A stretch of 60,998 nt of DNA, filler included. It is 6 parts of 6 records of this genome, joined end to end, with 100 filler letters (N's around TTAATTAATTAA, not from the genome) between each part and the next. Parts side by side here need not be neighbours in the genome. Positions count along the whole stretch, not along the records: positions 43,474 to 52,480 come from SRR31147125_13739; positions 52,581 to 60,998 come from SRR31147125_13771; 4 more parts are not named here. The stretch is one strand, 5' to 3'. Position numbers and translations under genes: made by a program. The notes beneath the pieces are model-generated. The model searched no databases, was not told the DNA's origin, and saw nothing but the letters and a program-made list of their open reading frames with translations. The first letter of the stretch is position 1. Each line of letters opens with the position of its first letter. This document shows, piece after piece, positions 51,862 to 60,012 of this stretch.

Positions 51862-52388
51862 GATGCATCTGTCCCGCATGCGGAGCAACCGTCAGTCTGG
51901 AAGCCTTCCTGACCGATGCCGAAGCCCGTCAGTTCATGACCGTCCTGACGCGGCTTCCGGCACCGCTGGTTCCACTGGCTCCCAGGTATCTGGCGCTGTT
52001 CCGCCCCACCAAAACCCGGAATCTGCAATGGCGTAAATGCTCCCGCCTCTTGGAAGATCTGGAAGCATTGGTCGGCAAGGGCCACGTCCACAGACAAGGC
52101 CAGGTGGATCGCCCTTGTACGCCATCGACCTGGGCGCAGGCTATTGAGCGAATCATTGCCACGCCACCGGCACGGCTGCCCCTCAAGAATCATCAATACC
52201 TGGCTGCCATTGCCTGGGATCTGGCCGATGATGTCGATAAGCGCCGGGAGGTCTCTCAGGAAGCCGCCAAGAAACGCCAGAATGATGCGAATAGAGGCGG
52301 TGGGCTGCAACGTCCCACCGCTCCCCTGGATCCGGCGCTGATGAAGAAAATACGGAAGGAAAGCATGAAGAAAGGAAATCAAAAATGA
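51858..52388 (+). CDS. Mu-like phage hypothetical protein with N-terminal CPxC
   Basis: MRCICPACGA...YLALFRP...LPLKNHQYL; ATG overlaps the upstream stop. Confidence 0.7.
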   Translation: MRCICPACGATVSLEAFLTDAEARQFMTVLTRLPAPLVPLAPRYLALFRPTKTRNLQWRKCSRLLEDLEALVGKGHVHRQGQVDRPCTPSTWAQAIERIIATPPARLPLKNHQYLAAIAWDLADDVDKRREVSQEAAKKRQNDANRGGGLQRPTAPLDPALMKKIRKESMKKGNQK

Positions 52389-52480
52389 CACTACCCTGGG
52401 CAATCGTGATTGTTGGCGTTACCTGGGCGTTGATCTGGGTCGCAACATTTTCCTATGGCTTGGAGGCGAGGGACTTTTTT

Positions 52481-52580
52481 NNNNNNNNNNNNNNNNNNNN
52501 NNNNNNNNNNNNNNNNNNNNNNNNTTAATTAATTAANNNNNNNNNNNNNNNNNNNNNNNNNNNNNNNNNNNNNNNNNNNN
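52481..52580. other. Artificial contig spacer
   Basis: N44-TTAATTAATTAA-N44. Confidence 0.99.
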
Positions 52581-52582
52581 CC

Positions 52583-53011
52583 GCCATCACCACCTGCCCA
52601 CAGCAGATCGATCTGCGTAATGGCATTCTCCTGTCAGACACCCCCGGCCTGCTGTGGCCGATCCTGGACGATTTGGCCGGAGCCTGTCGTCTGGCGGCCA
52701 GTGGAGCCATCGGTGACAACGCATTTGACACAACAGAGGTCGGGCTGACAACGGCCTCCTATCTAGCCGAGCGCTATCCCGCTCTGCTGATGCAGCGCTA
52801 TAAGATGACCGAAATTCCGGTCAAGCAGATCAGCATTGTGGAAGAAATCGGCCGCCGCCGAGGCTGCCTGATCAGCGGGGGCGATGTCGACCTGCATCGC
52901 GCAGCGGAACTTCTGTTGCGCGAACTCAGAGCCGGTAAATTTGGCCGCATCAGCCTTGAGCGCCCCGGAGAAACAGACACGGCCTTTAGCAAAGGGATCG
53001 AATCGGAATGA
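52583..53011 (+). CDS. rbgA: Ribosome biogenesis GTPase RbgA/YlqF, C-terminal fragment
   Basis: AITT..Q...LSDTPGLLWP, LAASGAI, IGRRRGCL, ELRAGKFGRISLE. Confidence 0.88.
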   Translation, partial: AITTCPQQIDLRNGILLSDTPGLLWPILDDLAGACRLAASGAIGDNAFDTTEVGLTTASYLAERYPALLMQRYKMTEIPVKQISIVEEIGRRRGCLISGGDVDLHRAAELLLRELRAGKFGRISLERPGETDTAFSKGIESE

Positions 53012-53357
53012 AATCAGCCCGCAATTACAAAGATATTTACGTCACCGACATTTCCTTTGACGTCACCGAAGAAGAACTGCGTCAACTGTTCAGTCTCTGT
53101 GGGACCGTCCGTCTACTCCAGCTGCAGACAGACGCCAAAGATAACTTCATCGGCACTGCCTACGTACGCATGGCGGATGAAAAACAGACCCGGGAAGCGG
53201 TTAACATGCTCGACGGAACCCTGCTTCAGAACCGGTGCATCAAAGTCGCCCTGTCCCGAACAAAAGAGGAGCGGATGGCACCGCCCGTCGAAGAGAAAAG
53301 TGAAAAAAATCGAGACGGCGCAGAACCTCCAAGGGGCGACCACAGCAAAGCGGATAG
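53008..53357 (+). CDS. RRM RNA-binding protein; probable frameshift at the A7 run near 53303-53309
   Basis: RNP2 IYVTDI, RNP1 GTAYVRM. The shifted frame gives a basic tail KSRRRRTSKGRPQQSG* ending at 53357 rather than the 214-aa read-through. Confidence 0.8.
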
Positions 53358-53478
53358 GTCACCCCGTCAACAACATATCACTTCAAACAGCCACCCGGAC
53401 AATAACCATATTTACGCGGGTTGGAAAATACGTCCTGCGTGGCTTTCAAAGCATGCTCCCGGTTCACCCCAGCGCCTG

Positions 53479-54258
53479 TCAGCAGGGCAACGGCATCACC
53501 ACGACGCTCTTCCAGAACGGCGCGCTCAAAAGCTGCCAATTGCCCCGACAGGAAGAGTCGTTCATGCGGCTGAGATCAAATCGCCGTTGTCGCTTCAACA
53601 TCACAGTTATTCTCCTTTCCTGACAGGGGTTTACAAACAAGACACGTGGTGATTCACTCTTTTTATCCGTCATCCCCCAGAACTTTTCCTTGAATTCTTT
53701 GCGCCCTGAGCCATTCGTGTAAAACCAGTAACGTAACGGGTTCTTGACATAATAATCCTGGTGATAGTCTTCAGCGGGGTAAAACGTCCCCGCTTGCGCA
53801 ATTTCAGTCACGATCGGTTTTTTAAATGGCCCATTTTTCGCCAGATTCATTTTTGACTTTTCAGCGATAACCCGCTGCTCGTCCGTGAGGTAGAAAATAC
53901 CACTACGATACTGGCTGCCACGATCAACAAACTGACCACCTGCATCGGTCGGATCCATATTCATCCAGAAAGCATTCAGAAGCTGTTCGTAACTGATCAC
54001 TCTGGAATCGAAACGCACCTCAACCGCTTCCGTGTGTCCGGTTGCCCCGGAAGAGACCTCCTGATACGTCGGGTTCATCTTCTTGCCTCCCGTGTATCCG
54101 GAAACCACTTCATCAACACCGTCCAGAGCTTCAAGAGCCGATTCGACACACCAGAAACACCCACCGGCTAAAATAGCCCGATCTTTCGCATCCATCGCAA
54201 TACCAACGCTCGGCACCACGACAAAGGCCAACAAGATAACAGTCCTGAGTATTCTCAT
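53479..54258 (-). CDS. msrA: Exported peptide-methionine (S)-S-oxide reductase; true stop probably near 53655-53665
   Basis: Signal peptide, AGGCFWC, GYTGG, GHTEAV, GQFVDRGSQYR, AEDYHQDYY; the tail after KFWG looks spurious. Confidence 0.93.
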   Translation of the reverse strand: MRILRTVILLAFVVVPSVGIAMDAKDRAILAGGCFWCVESALEALDGVDEVVSGYTGGKKMNPTYQEVSSGATGHTEAVEVRFDSRVISYEQLLNAFWMNMDPTDAGGQFVDRGSQYRSGIFYLTDEQRVIAEKSKMNLAKNGPFKKPIVTEIAQAGTFYPAEDYHQDYYVKNPLRYWFYTNGSGRKEFKEKFWGMTDKKSESPRVLFVNPCQERRITVMLKRQRRFDLSRMNDSSCRGNWQLLSAPFWKSVVVMPLPC

Positions 54259-54268
54259 AGCACCCTCC

Positions 54269-54829
54269 TTACATCATCCGGTCAAGCTTTTTAAAGCTCA
54301 ACGACAGAGAGTTGATACAATGACGCTTGCCCGTCGGTGGCGGTCCGTCATCAAAAACATGCCCCAGGTGAGAATCGCAGCGACTGCAGATCAGCTCATT
54401 GCGCACCATGAAAAAACTGCGATCCTCACGGGTTGAGACATTTTCTTTTGCAACCGCCTGATAAAAACTCGGCCACCCGGTTCCGGACACGAATTTATGC
54501 TCCGAATGGTACAGATCGTTCCCGCAAGCCGCGCAGCGATAAACGCCGTAGTCCTTGTTCTTTAACAGGGCTCCGGTAAAAGCTCTTTCCGTTCCCTCTT
54601 CGCGCAAAACATGATATTGCTCTGAACTGAGCCGCTGCTTCCATTCTGCTTCACTGCGGATCACTTTTTTCAAGGAGACATAATCCCCCTTTTCGACCGA
54701 GAACAAACGCAGCACCTGCTCTTTCATCGCTAAGTCATCCTTTTTCATCTGTGCGCCAATGACTTGATTTCCCACCAGAACGAGTCCGGCCTGTGCCAAC
54801 ATGACTTGTAACAGCTGTCTTCTTTTCAT
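54269..54829 (-). CDS. msrB: Exported (Tat-like signal) peptide-methionine (R)-S-oxide reductase
   Basis: MKRRQLL signal, GTERAF, CxxC pairs, SGTGWPSF, HLGHVF.DGP, RHCINS. Confidence 0.95.
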   Translation of the reverse strand: MKRRQLLQVMLAQAGLVLVGNQVIGAQMKKDDLAMKEQVLRLFSVEKGDYVSLKKVIRSEAEWKQRLSSEQYHVLREEGTERAFTGALLKNKDYGVYRCAACGNDLYHSEHKFVSGTGWPSFYQAVAKENVSTREDRSFFMVRNELICSRCDSHLGHVFDDGPPPTGKRHCINSLSLSFKKLDRMM

Positions 54830-54833
54830 AGGA

Positions 54834-55139
54834 TCACTCCTTTATTTTTTCGTTCAATGTCCTTCTATACGTTCCGGCGTCTTTCAACCAACCTTCCATC
54901 TGCACCGGGTTGACCTGCTTCGGATCGTAAACAACGCGATTGATCTCTTCAAAACTCTGCCATCCCTTCTCAACGTCAATAATGCCTGGCCGCCCTTCCA
55001 GGGCTGCTTGCCCGATGTTGTATCAGTCAACAGCAAAGACCGCCTGCTTCATATCCGTCTGCGTCTCCATCGCCACCAGCGCCCCCGGAAGAAGAGCAAT
55101 CACCATAACGGTCAATACACCAATGAGGGTTCTTTTCAT
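54834..55139 (-). CDS. Candidate secreted selenoprotein, 101 aa, mini-MsrA/ferredoxin-like fold (UGA = Sec at codon 39)
   Basis: AGGAG RBS, signal peptide, in-frame TGA at 55023-55025 in AVFAVD-U-YNIG, 62 further sense codons, SECIS-like hairpin, stop 4 nt before the msrB start. Confidence 0.8.
54989..55007 (-). promoter_or_regulatory. Bacterial SECIS-like hairpin
   Basis: GC-A-GCCCU-GGA-AGGGC-G-GC; the G-initiated apical loop begins 23 nt after the UGA. Confidence 0.65.
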
Positions 55140-55232
55140 AGTCGACTCCTTTTCTGTTGTTTTCATCCTACCAGATCGACCGTCAAGAAAAGGTCACACC
55201 CATTTAAAGATCAGGTAAAGAAGTGAAGCGGA

Positions 55233-56325
55233 TCAGCAGGAGCCGTCGAGAGAATTTCCGGAGGAGAGTGGAAGAGATACGGTCATGGTCGTCCAACCGT
55301 TCGCACTTTGTGCAGCGACCTGACCACCGTGGGCTTCGACGATCTGTTTGACGATAGCCAGCCCGATGCCGGCGCCTCCCTGCTCACGAGATCTGGCACG
55401 ATCCGCTCGGAAGAAGCGCTCAAAAATAAACGGAAGATCGTCACCGGCAATCCCGTCACCACTGTTTTTGACCTCAACCGTTAGAAGATTCTTCTGCGTT
55501 GAAGCCGTGATAGAAACGCTCCCCTTCCGGGGTGTAGCCGAGCGCATTCTCTAGCAGGTTTCTAAAAGCCTGGAGCATTTTATCCGGATCAGCCTGGAAC
55601 CGGCATCCGGGTGAATCGACTTGGATATCGACCGCGATCCGCTTCGCCTGAAATCGGAGACGGAACAGCGACAGGAGCTGATCGAAAAAGTGATCGAGAT
55701 CAATCTCCTGACACCGGAGAAACGCCTCTGCCGCATCCGCTTTACTCAACTGCTGCAAATCATCGACCAGCTGTACCAGGCGCAATGTTTCTGTCTCGAG
55801 CATCCGAAAAGTCTCTTTCGAGGGTGGGACAACAGAATCGGTCAGCCCTTCAAAATAGCCGCGCAGGTTGGTCAGGGGCGTCCTCAGCTCATGAGCGATA
55901 TCGGCGACCATCCTTTTCCGCAGGCCCTCGAGCTGCTCCAAACTGTCTGCCATTCCGTTGAAAGCGACACCGAGTTGGCCGACCTCATCAGACGACACCA
56001 CATCGACCCGATCACTGAAATGCCCTTTGGAAAATTCACGACTGATCCGGGTCATCTGTGACAACGGTCGCAGAACCCGGCGCGTCATCAGGTAGCTGAG
56101 GAGCAATGCCAGGATCAGCGCCGCCAGGGCCGCCCAGACCAGGTAACGGTGCACCGATTCGATAAACATCTGATGGCTGTCATGCGGCTCTATCGCGTAA
56201 TTTTCCATCAGGCGCATGAAATAAGTCGCGGCCAGATTATCGATCGCCAGCCAGACCACGAGAATCGTGATGCCGATCACCGGGATCACGTTGAGCAATA
56301 TTTTCCACAGCAGATGTCGTTTCAC
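55233..56325 (-). CDS. HAMP sensor histidine kinase (BaeS-like); frameshift at the C4 run 55521-55524
   Basis: 2 TM helices, HAMP DEVGQL, H-box AHELRTPL, N-box NLLENAL; G-boxes IFERFFRAD...GAGIGLAIVK lie in the second frame. Confidence 0.9.
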
Positions 56326-57026
56326 GGTCGTTCCTGTTCCTCGGTAAAGCGATAGCCGAAACCACGCACTGTTTCGACATAAAATGGCTTTGCCGGATCC
56401 GTTTCAATCTTCTGCCGCAACTTGTTAACATGAACATCGATCACCCGTTCGATCACCGCTTCATCCGTCTGGTAAAAATAGCGCAGCAGCTTTTTGCGGC
56501 TGTGAACCTTGCCGGGAGCGGACATCAGGGCGTACAGCAGCTTGAATTCCGATGTTGTCAGATTGACAGGCGTGCCGTCCAGCTGAACCTTGAGGCGATC
56601 CGGATCCAGATCAAGGCCGCAACAGCTCAGAACTCCACTGCCCTCAGATCTCGGACGCGCCCGGCGCAGAATCGCCTTGACCCGCTCCACCAGTTCGCGC
56701 GGGCTGAACGGCTTGACGACATAATCATCCGCACCGAGAGAGAATCCGAGAACCCTGTCGATCTCCTCCTCCCGAGCGGTCAGCATCAGGATCGGGATAT
56801 CCGACTCACTCCGCAGTCGACGACAAACCTCCAGGCCATCAATCTCGGGAAGCATCAGATCGAGGACAACCAGATCGGGCTGCTTCTCCCTGGCCCATCG
56901 CAGCCCGCTGAGACCGTCGTACTCTTCCCGGACCTCAAAACCTTCCTTGCTTAGATAGGTTGCAATCAGAGCGGCGGTATTTTTGTCGTCCTCAACAATA
57001 AGAATGGTCTGTCCTGCGTCGTTCAT
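56322..57026 (-). CDS. OmpR-family response regulator
   Basis: ILIVEDD, LDLMLP, GADDYVVKPF, IDVHV..LRQK, TVRGFGY; start MNDAG after GAGGTG. Confidence 0.95.
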   Translation of the reverse strand: MNDAGQTILIVEDDKNTAALIATYLSKEGFEVREEYDGLSGLRWAREKQPDLVVLDLMLPEIDGLEVCRRLRSESDIPILMLTAREEEIDRVLGFSLGADDYVVKPFSPRELVERVKAILRRARPRSEGSGVLSCCGLDLDPDRLKVQLDGTPVNLTTSEFKLLYALMSAPGKVHSRKKLLRYFYQTDEAVIERVIDVHVNKLRQKIETDPAKPFYVETVRGFGYRFTEEQERP

Positions 57027-57169
57027 GGTCACCTCGCGTCCTTTTCGTCTAATCATAACAGGAATCACCGGATCAGCGGCAAGTGCGAGAAAAATTAGAA
57101 ATGCTGACATGGCGAGCCTTTTCTTGTTAGAATCTGTAAATTATTGCTTTTCACCCGAGGAGAAACAAG

Positions 57170-57934
57170 ATGAAAAAATGTAAAGTTATGATCGTTCTGT
57201 TGTTTTTGCTTCTTCCGTTATCTGCCTTCGCGGACGAACTGATCGGCATCAAAGCCGGTTATCAACTGCTCAGCCCTGAAGGTTCCATCGCCGGAACGGT
57301 CGACGGTGCCGGAACCAAAATCGACGTTGAAGATGACCTCAACCTTGATGACAGTGAGAACGTCACCGGTGAGATCAGCATCAACTGGGGGAACTCCAAG
57401 CTCTCCTTTAATTACCTGCCGATTGAGTTTTCAGGAACCGGCACCATGACATTAAGCGGAGAATTCAACGGACAGAGCTTCGATGTTGATGATACGGTCA
57501 AATCAGATCTTTCTATTGATCTTTACGATATCGGCTACACCTATTACCTGTTGAACTTTGATGATCTTCCGACCCGCTTCCAGCTCGGTCTCGAGCTGGC
57601 CGTTAAGATTACTGATGTCGATGTCTCACTGCAAAACCTGGAGGCAGGAAGCGAGTTCACCGAAACCGAATCGGTGACTGTCCCGATCCCCACCATCGGC
57701 GCCCGGACCCGAATTGCCCTGGCCGACTTTCTCGGAATCGTCGGACGGATCGGCTACCTGGAGTATGATGGTAATCACTTCCTTGATGCCGAAGCCCAGG
57801 TTGAATTTTCTCCGTTTCCCATGGTCGGCCTCTATGCCGGATATCGACTTTTTGATCTGAAAGTTGATGAAGAGGATGTTTACGTAGAGACCGAATTTTC
57901 CGGGCCCTATGGCGGTCTGATGGTCCGCTTCTAA
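57170..57934 (+). CDS. Outer-membrane beta-barrel protein (TIGR04219-like)
   Basis: Signal peptide, DVEDDLNL, YYLL, PIP, YAGYR, GPYGGLMVRF C-terminus. Confidence 0.75.
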   Translation: MKKCKVMIVLLFLLLPLSAFADELIGIKAGYQLLSPEGSIAGTVDGAGTKIDVEDDLNLDDSENVTGEISINWGNSKLSFNYLPIEFSGTGTMTLSGEFNGQSFDVDDTVKSDLSIDLYDIGYTYYLLNFDDLPTRFQLGLELAVKITDVDVSLQNLEAGSEFTETESVTVPIPTIGARTRIALADFLGIVGRIGYLEYDGNHFLDAEAQVEFSPFPMVGLYAGYRLFDLKVDEEDVYVETEFSGPYGGLMVRF

Positions 57935-58137
57935 AAGGCTGATGAAAAACGATCGACGGCGCACCTGCTGCCTCGAAAACGTTTTTCTGACATTCTGCCT
58001 AACGAAACCTGAACGCGGAGGCTCTGCCTCCGCGTTTTCATTTGCGAACAAATTCCCCCCCACCTTTGCATCGAACCCGACTCTTTTAGTATGCTATAGG
58101 AAAAGCGCCTTCACCCACAGCCGGAGTCGGGAGAACT

Positions 58138-58479
58138 ATGCCTGCTAAAGTGATTCCAATCAGCCAAAAGAAAAAACAGATCGAACAGATCATCGATGAA
58201 GCCCTGACCGCAAACCTGTCTCACAAGAGCCCGAAGGTCCTCAACTGCCTGAAAAGTGAGATCACAAGCCTGCTGAAAAAACATTTCTCCGGGGACCCTC
58301 CAGAAATGACCCTGGCCCTCCCCGCGGACCTGACAGATGATCAGTTCCATCAGATCAGGGAAAATTTCCGCAAAGTGTTCTTAGAGCACAATGAAGAGAT
58401 GATCACACGCTCCAATTCCATCTTTCTCGATCTTTACTTATCCAGGCTGGAAGTTTGTGAACTGAAATATGGCGATTAA
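58138..58479 (+). CDS. Hypothetical protein
   Basis: GGGAG RBS, 113-aa helical ORF, MPAKVIPI start. Confidence 0.65.
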   Translation: MPAKVIPISQKKKQIEQIIDEALTANLSHKSPKVLNCLKSEITSLLKKHFSGDPPEMTLALPADLTDDQFHQIRENFRKVFLEHNEEMITRSNSIFLDLYLSRLEVCELKYGD

Positions 58480-58526
58480 CAACCGCAACTGAATGAAATG
58501 ATCTATGCGCTACAGGAAGGGACATA

Positions 58527-59916
58527 ATGTTGCACCAGTATGACGTCATCGTTCTCGGTGCCGGGACAACGGCTTTCGGTGGAGCCCGAATGATCGCCGC
58601 TGCGAACAAGCGCGTCCTGATGTTCGAGCAGTCGCACCTTGGTGGTACCTGTGTCAACTGGGGCTGTATTCCGAGCAAGACCCTGATTCACAAAGCCGAG
58701 ATGTATCATGCCGCACGCAAGGGAGAGCTGGGGGCTCAATCTGAAAGCGGCTGAACCGGACTGCGGTACCCTGATGCCATTGAAGAAGCAGGCCGTTGAG
58801 ACCATCCGCGAAACGCATTATCAGGAGGAAGTTGATCAGACACCGACCCTGACCGTTCTTAAAGCCCGAGGCCGCTTTGTCGCCCCGGATCGGATCGAGG
58901 CAGGAGGGCAGGAGTACAGCGCCCCGAAGATCCTGATTGCAACGGGCGGAGAGCCCCGCGTTATTCCGATTCCCGGACTTGAGGACGTCGACTACCTGAC
59001 CAGCAATACCGCACTTCACCTTCCCTGCTTCCCGGAATCGATTGTCATTCTGGGCGGGGGCGTTATCGCTCTGGAAATGGGGCAGATGTTCGCCCGCTTC
59101 GGGACGCAGGTGACAATCCTCGAGCGCGGTCCCAACCTGTTGGCAGAGTTTGACCTGCGCCTGACGGATCAGTTCAGGGCCATGCTTGAGAACGATGGGG
59201 TCCGCATCCTGTGCAACGTAGAAACAACCCATGTAGAAAAGTGGGGTGACCAAACCTGTATCTACGCGACCATCAACGGAGCGGATGTCGGTTTTAATGC
59301 CGAACGTCTGATGCTCGCTATCGGCATTCAACCGGCGACTGAGGATCTTGGCTTGGAAAAGGTCGGTGTTGCCACAGATGCCGCAGGCTTTATCAAAGTC
59401 GATAGCCAACTGCAGACCACAGTGCCGGGGATCTGGGCGGCTGGAGATGTCACCGGACAACCTCTAATTGCGCCAGCCGGAGCACGCGAAGCCCAGATTG
59501 CCGCTCGCAACATGCTCTACCCGGAAGGAAAATTCACCATCGACCACCGCTTTTCTCCCATGGCCGTTTTTGTCGACCCGGAGTTTGCCACCGTCGGGCT
59601 GACAAAACTGCAGGCCGAAGCCCAGGGGCACAAGGTCGTCACCACCTATCAAAAATTGACGCGGGTTCCGAAAGCACACGTCATGGGCGAGATGATCGGT
59701 GGTGTTATTCTCACCGCTGAAAAAGGAACCGGAAAAGTTCTCGGCGTCCAGATGCTCTGCCCTCGCGCAGCCGACATCATCCACGAAGCGACCTTGGCCG
59801 TGCGCTTCGGACTGACCGTTGTCGACCTGACAACCACAGTTCACGTCTATCCCAGCATCAGCGATGGCCTGCGCCAGGCCGCACGAGAAAATGCCTTTCA
59901 GCAGGGCCTGCTCTAA
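58527..59916 (+). CDS. Class I pyridine nucleotide-disulfide oxidoreductase (MerA/RclA-like, no C-terminal Cys pair); frameshift near 58715-58730
   Basis: GAGTTA FAD motif, GGTCVNWGCIPSK, IATG, GGGVIALE, WAAGD, HVYP. Confidence 0.85.
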
Positions 59917-60012
59917 AAACACCGATCCAGAAATCTCGAGCTTCCTCTGCCTGCTGTTTCATGATATAAAATCACATATTTATAACGGCTTTCTATAATG
60001 TCTGGATCGGTC

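Larger units (their letters stand above)
43996..52480. mobile_element. Mu-like transposable prophage, left/early region (truncated by contig end)
   Basis: Mu gene order: repressor divergent from ner-like, DDE transposase A, ATPase B, then small genes including GemA-like and DUF3164-like. Exact left end not resolved (within 43711-43995). Confidence 0.88.

Noticed and set aside
10451-52580. Five identical TTAATTAATTAA elements flanked by N runs, as a possible biological repeat
   Set aside because: Fixed 44N+12+44N format with six-frame stops and abrupt compositional change on either side. These are assembly spacers, so no cross-contig gene linkage was inferred.
53358-53652. Convergent overlap between the RRM and msrA ORF tails
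   Set aside because: Both tails look like read-through caused by homopolymer frameshifts; corrected stops remove the overlap
54801-55226. Plus-strand ORFs 54801-55226 and 54940-55218
   Set aside because: Antisense shadows of the minus-strand UGA-containing gene, which has the RBS, signal peptide and operon fit
58527-59916. Mercury resistance (merA) call
   Set aside because: No C-terminal Cys pair, no NmerA domain, and no merR/T/P nearby
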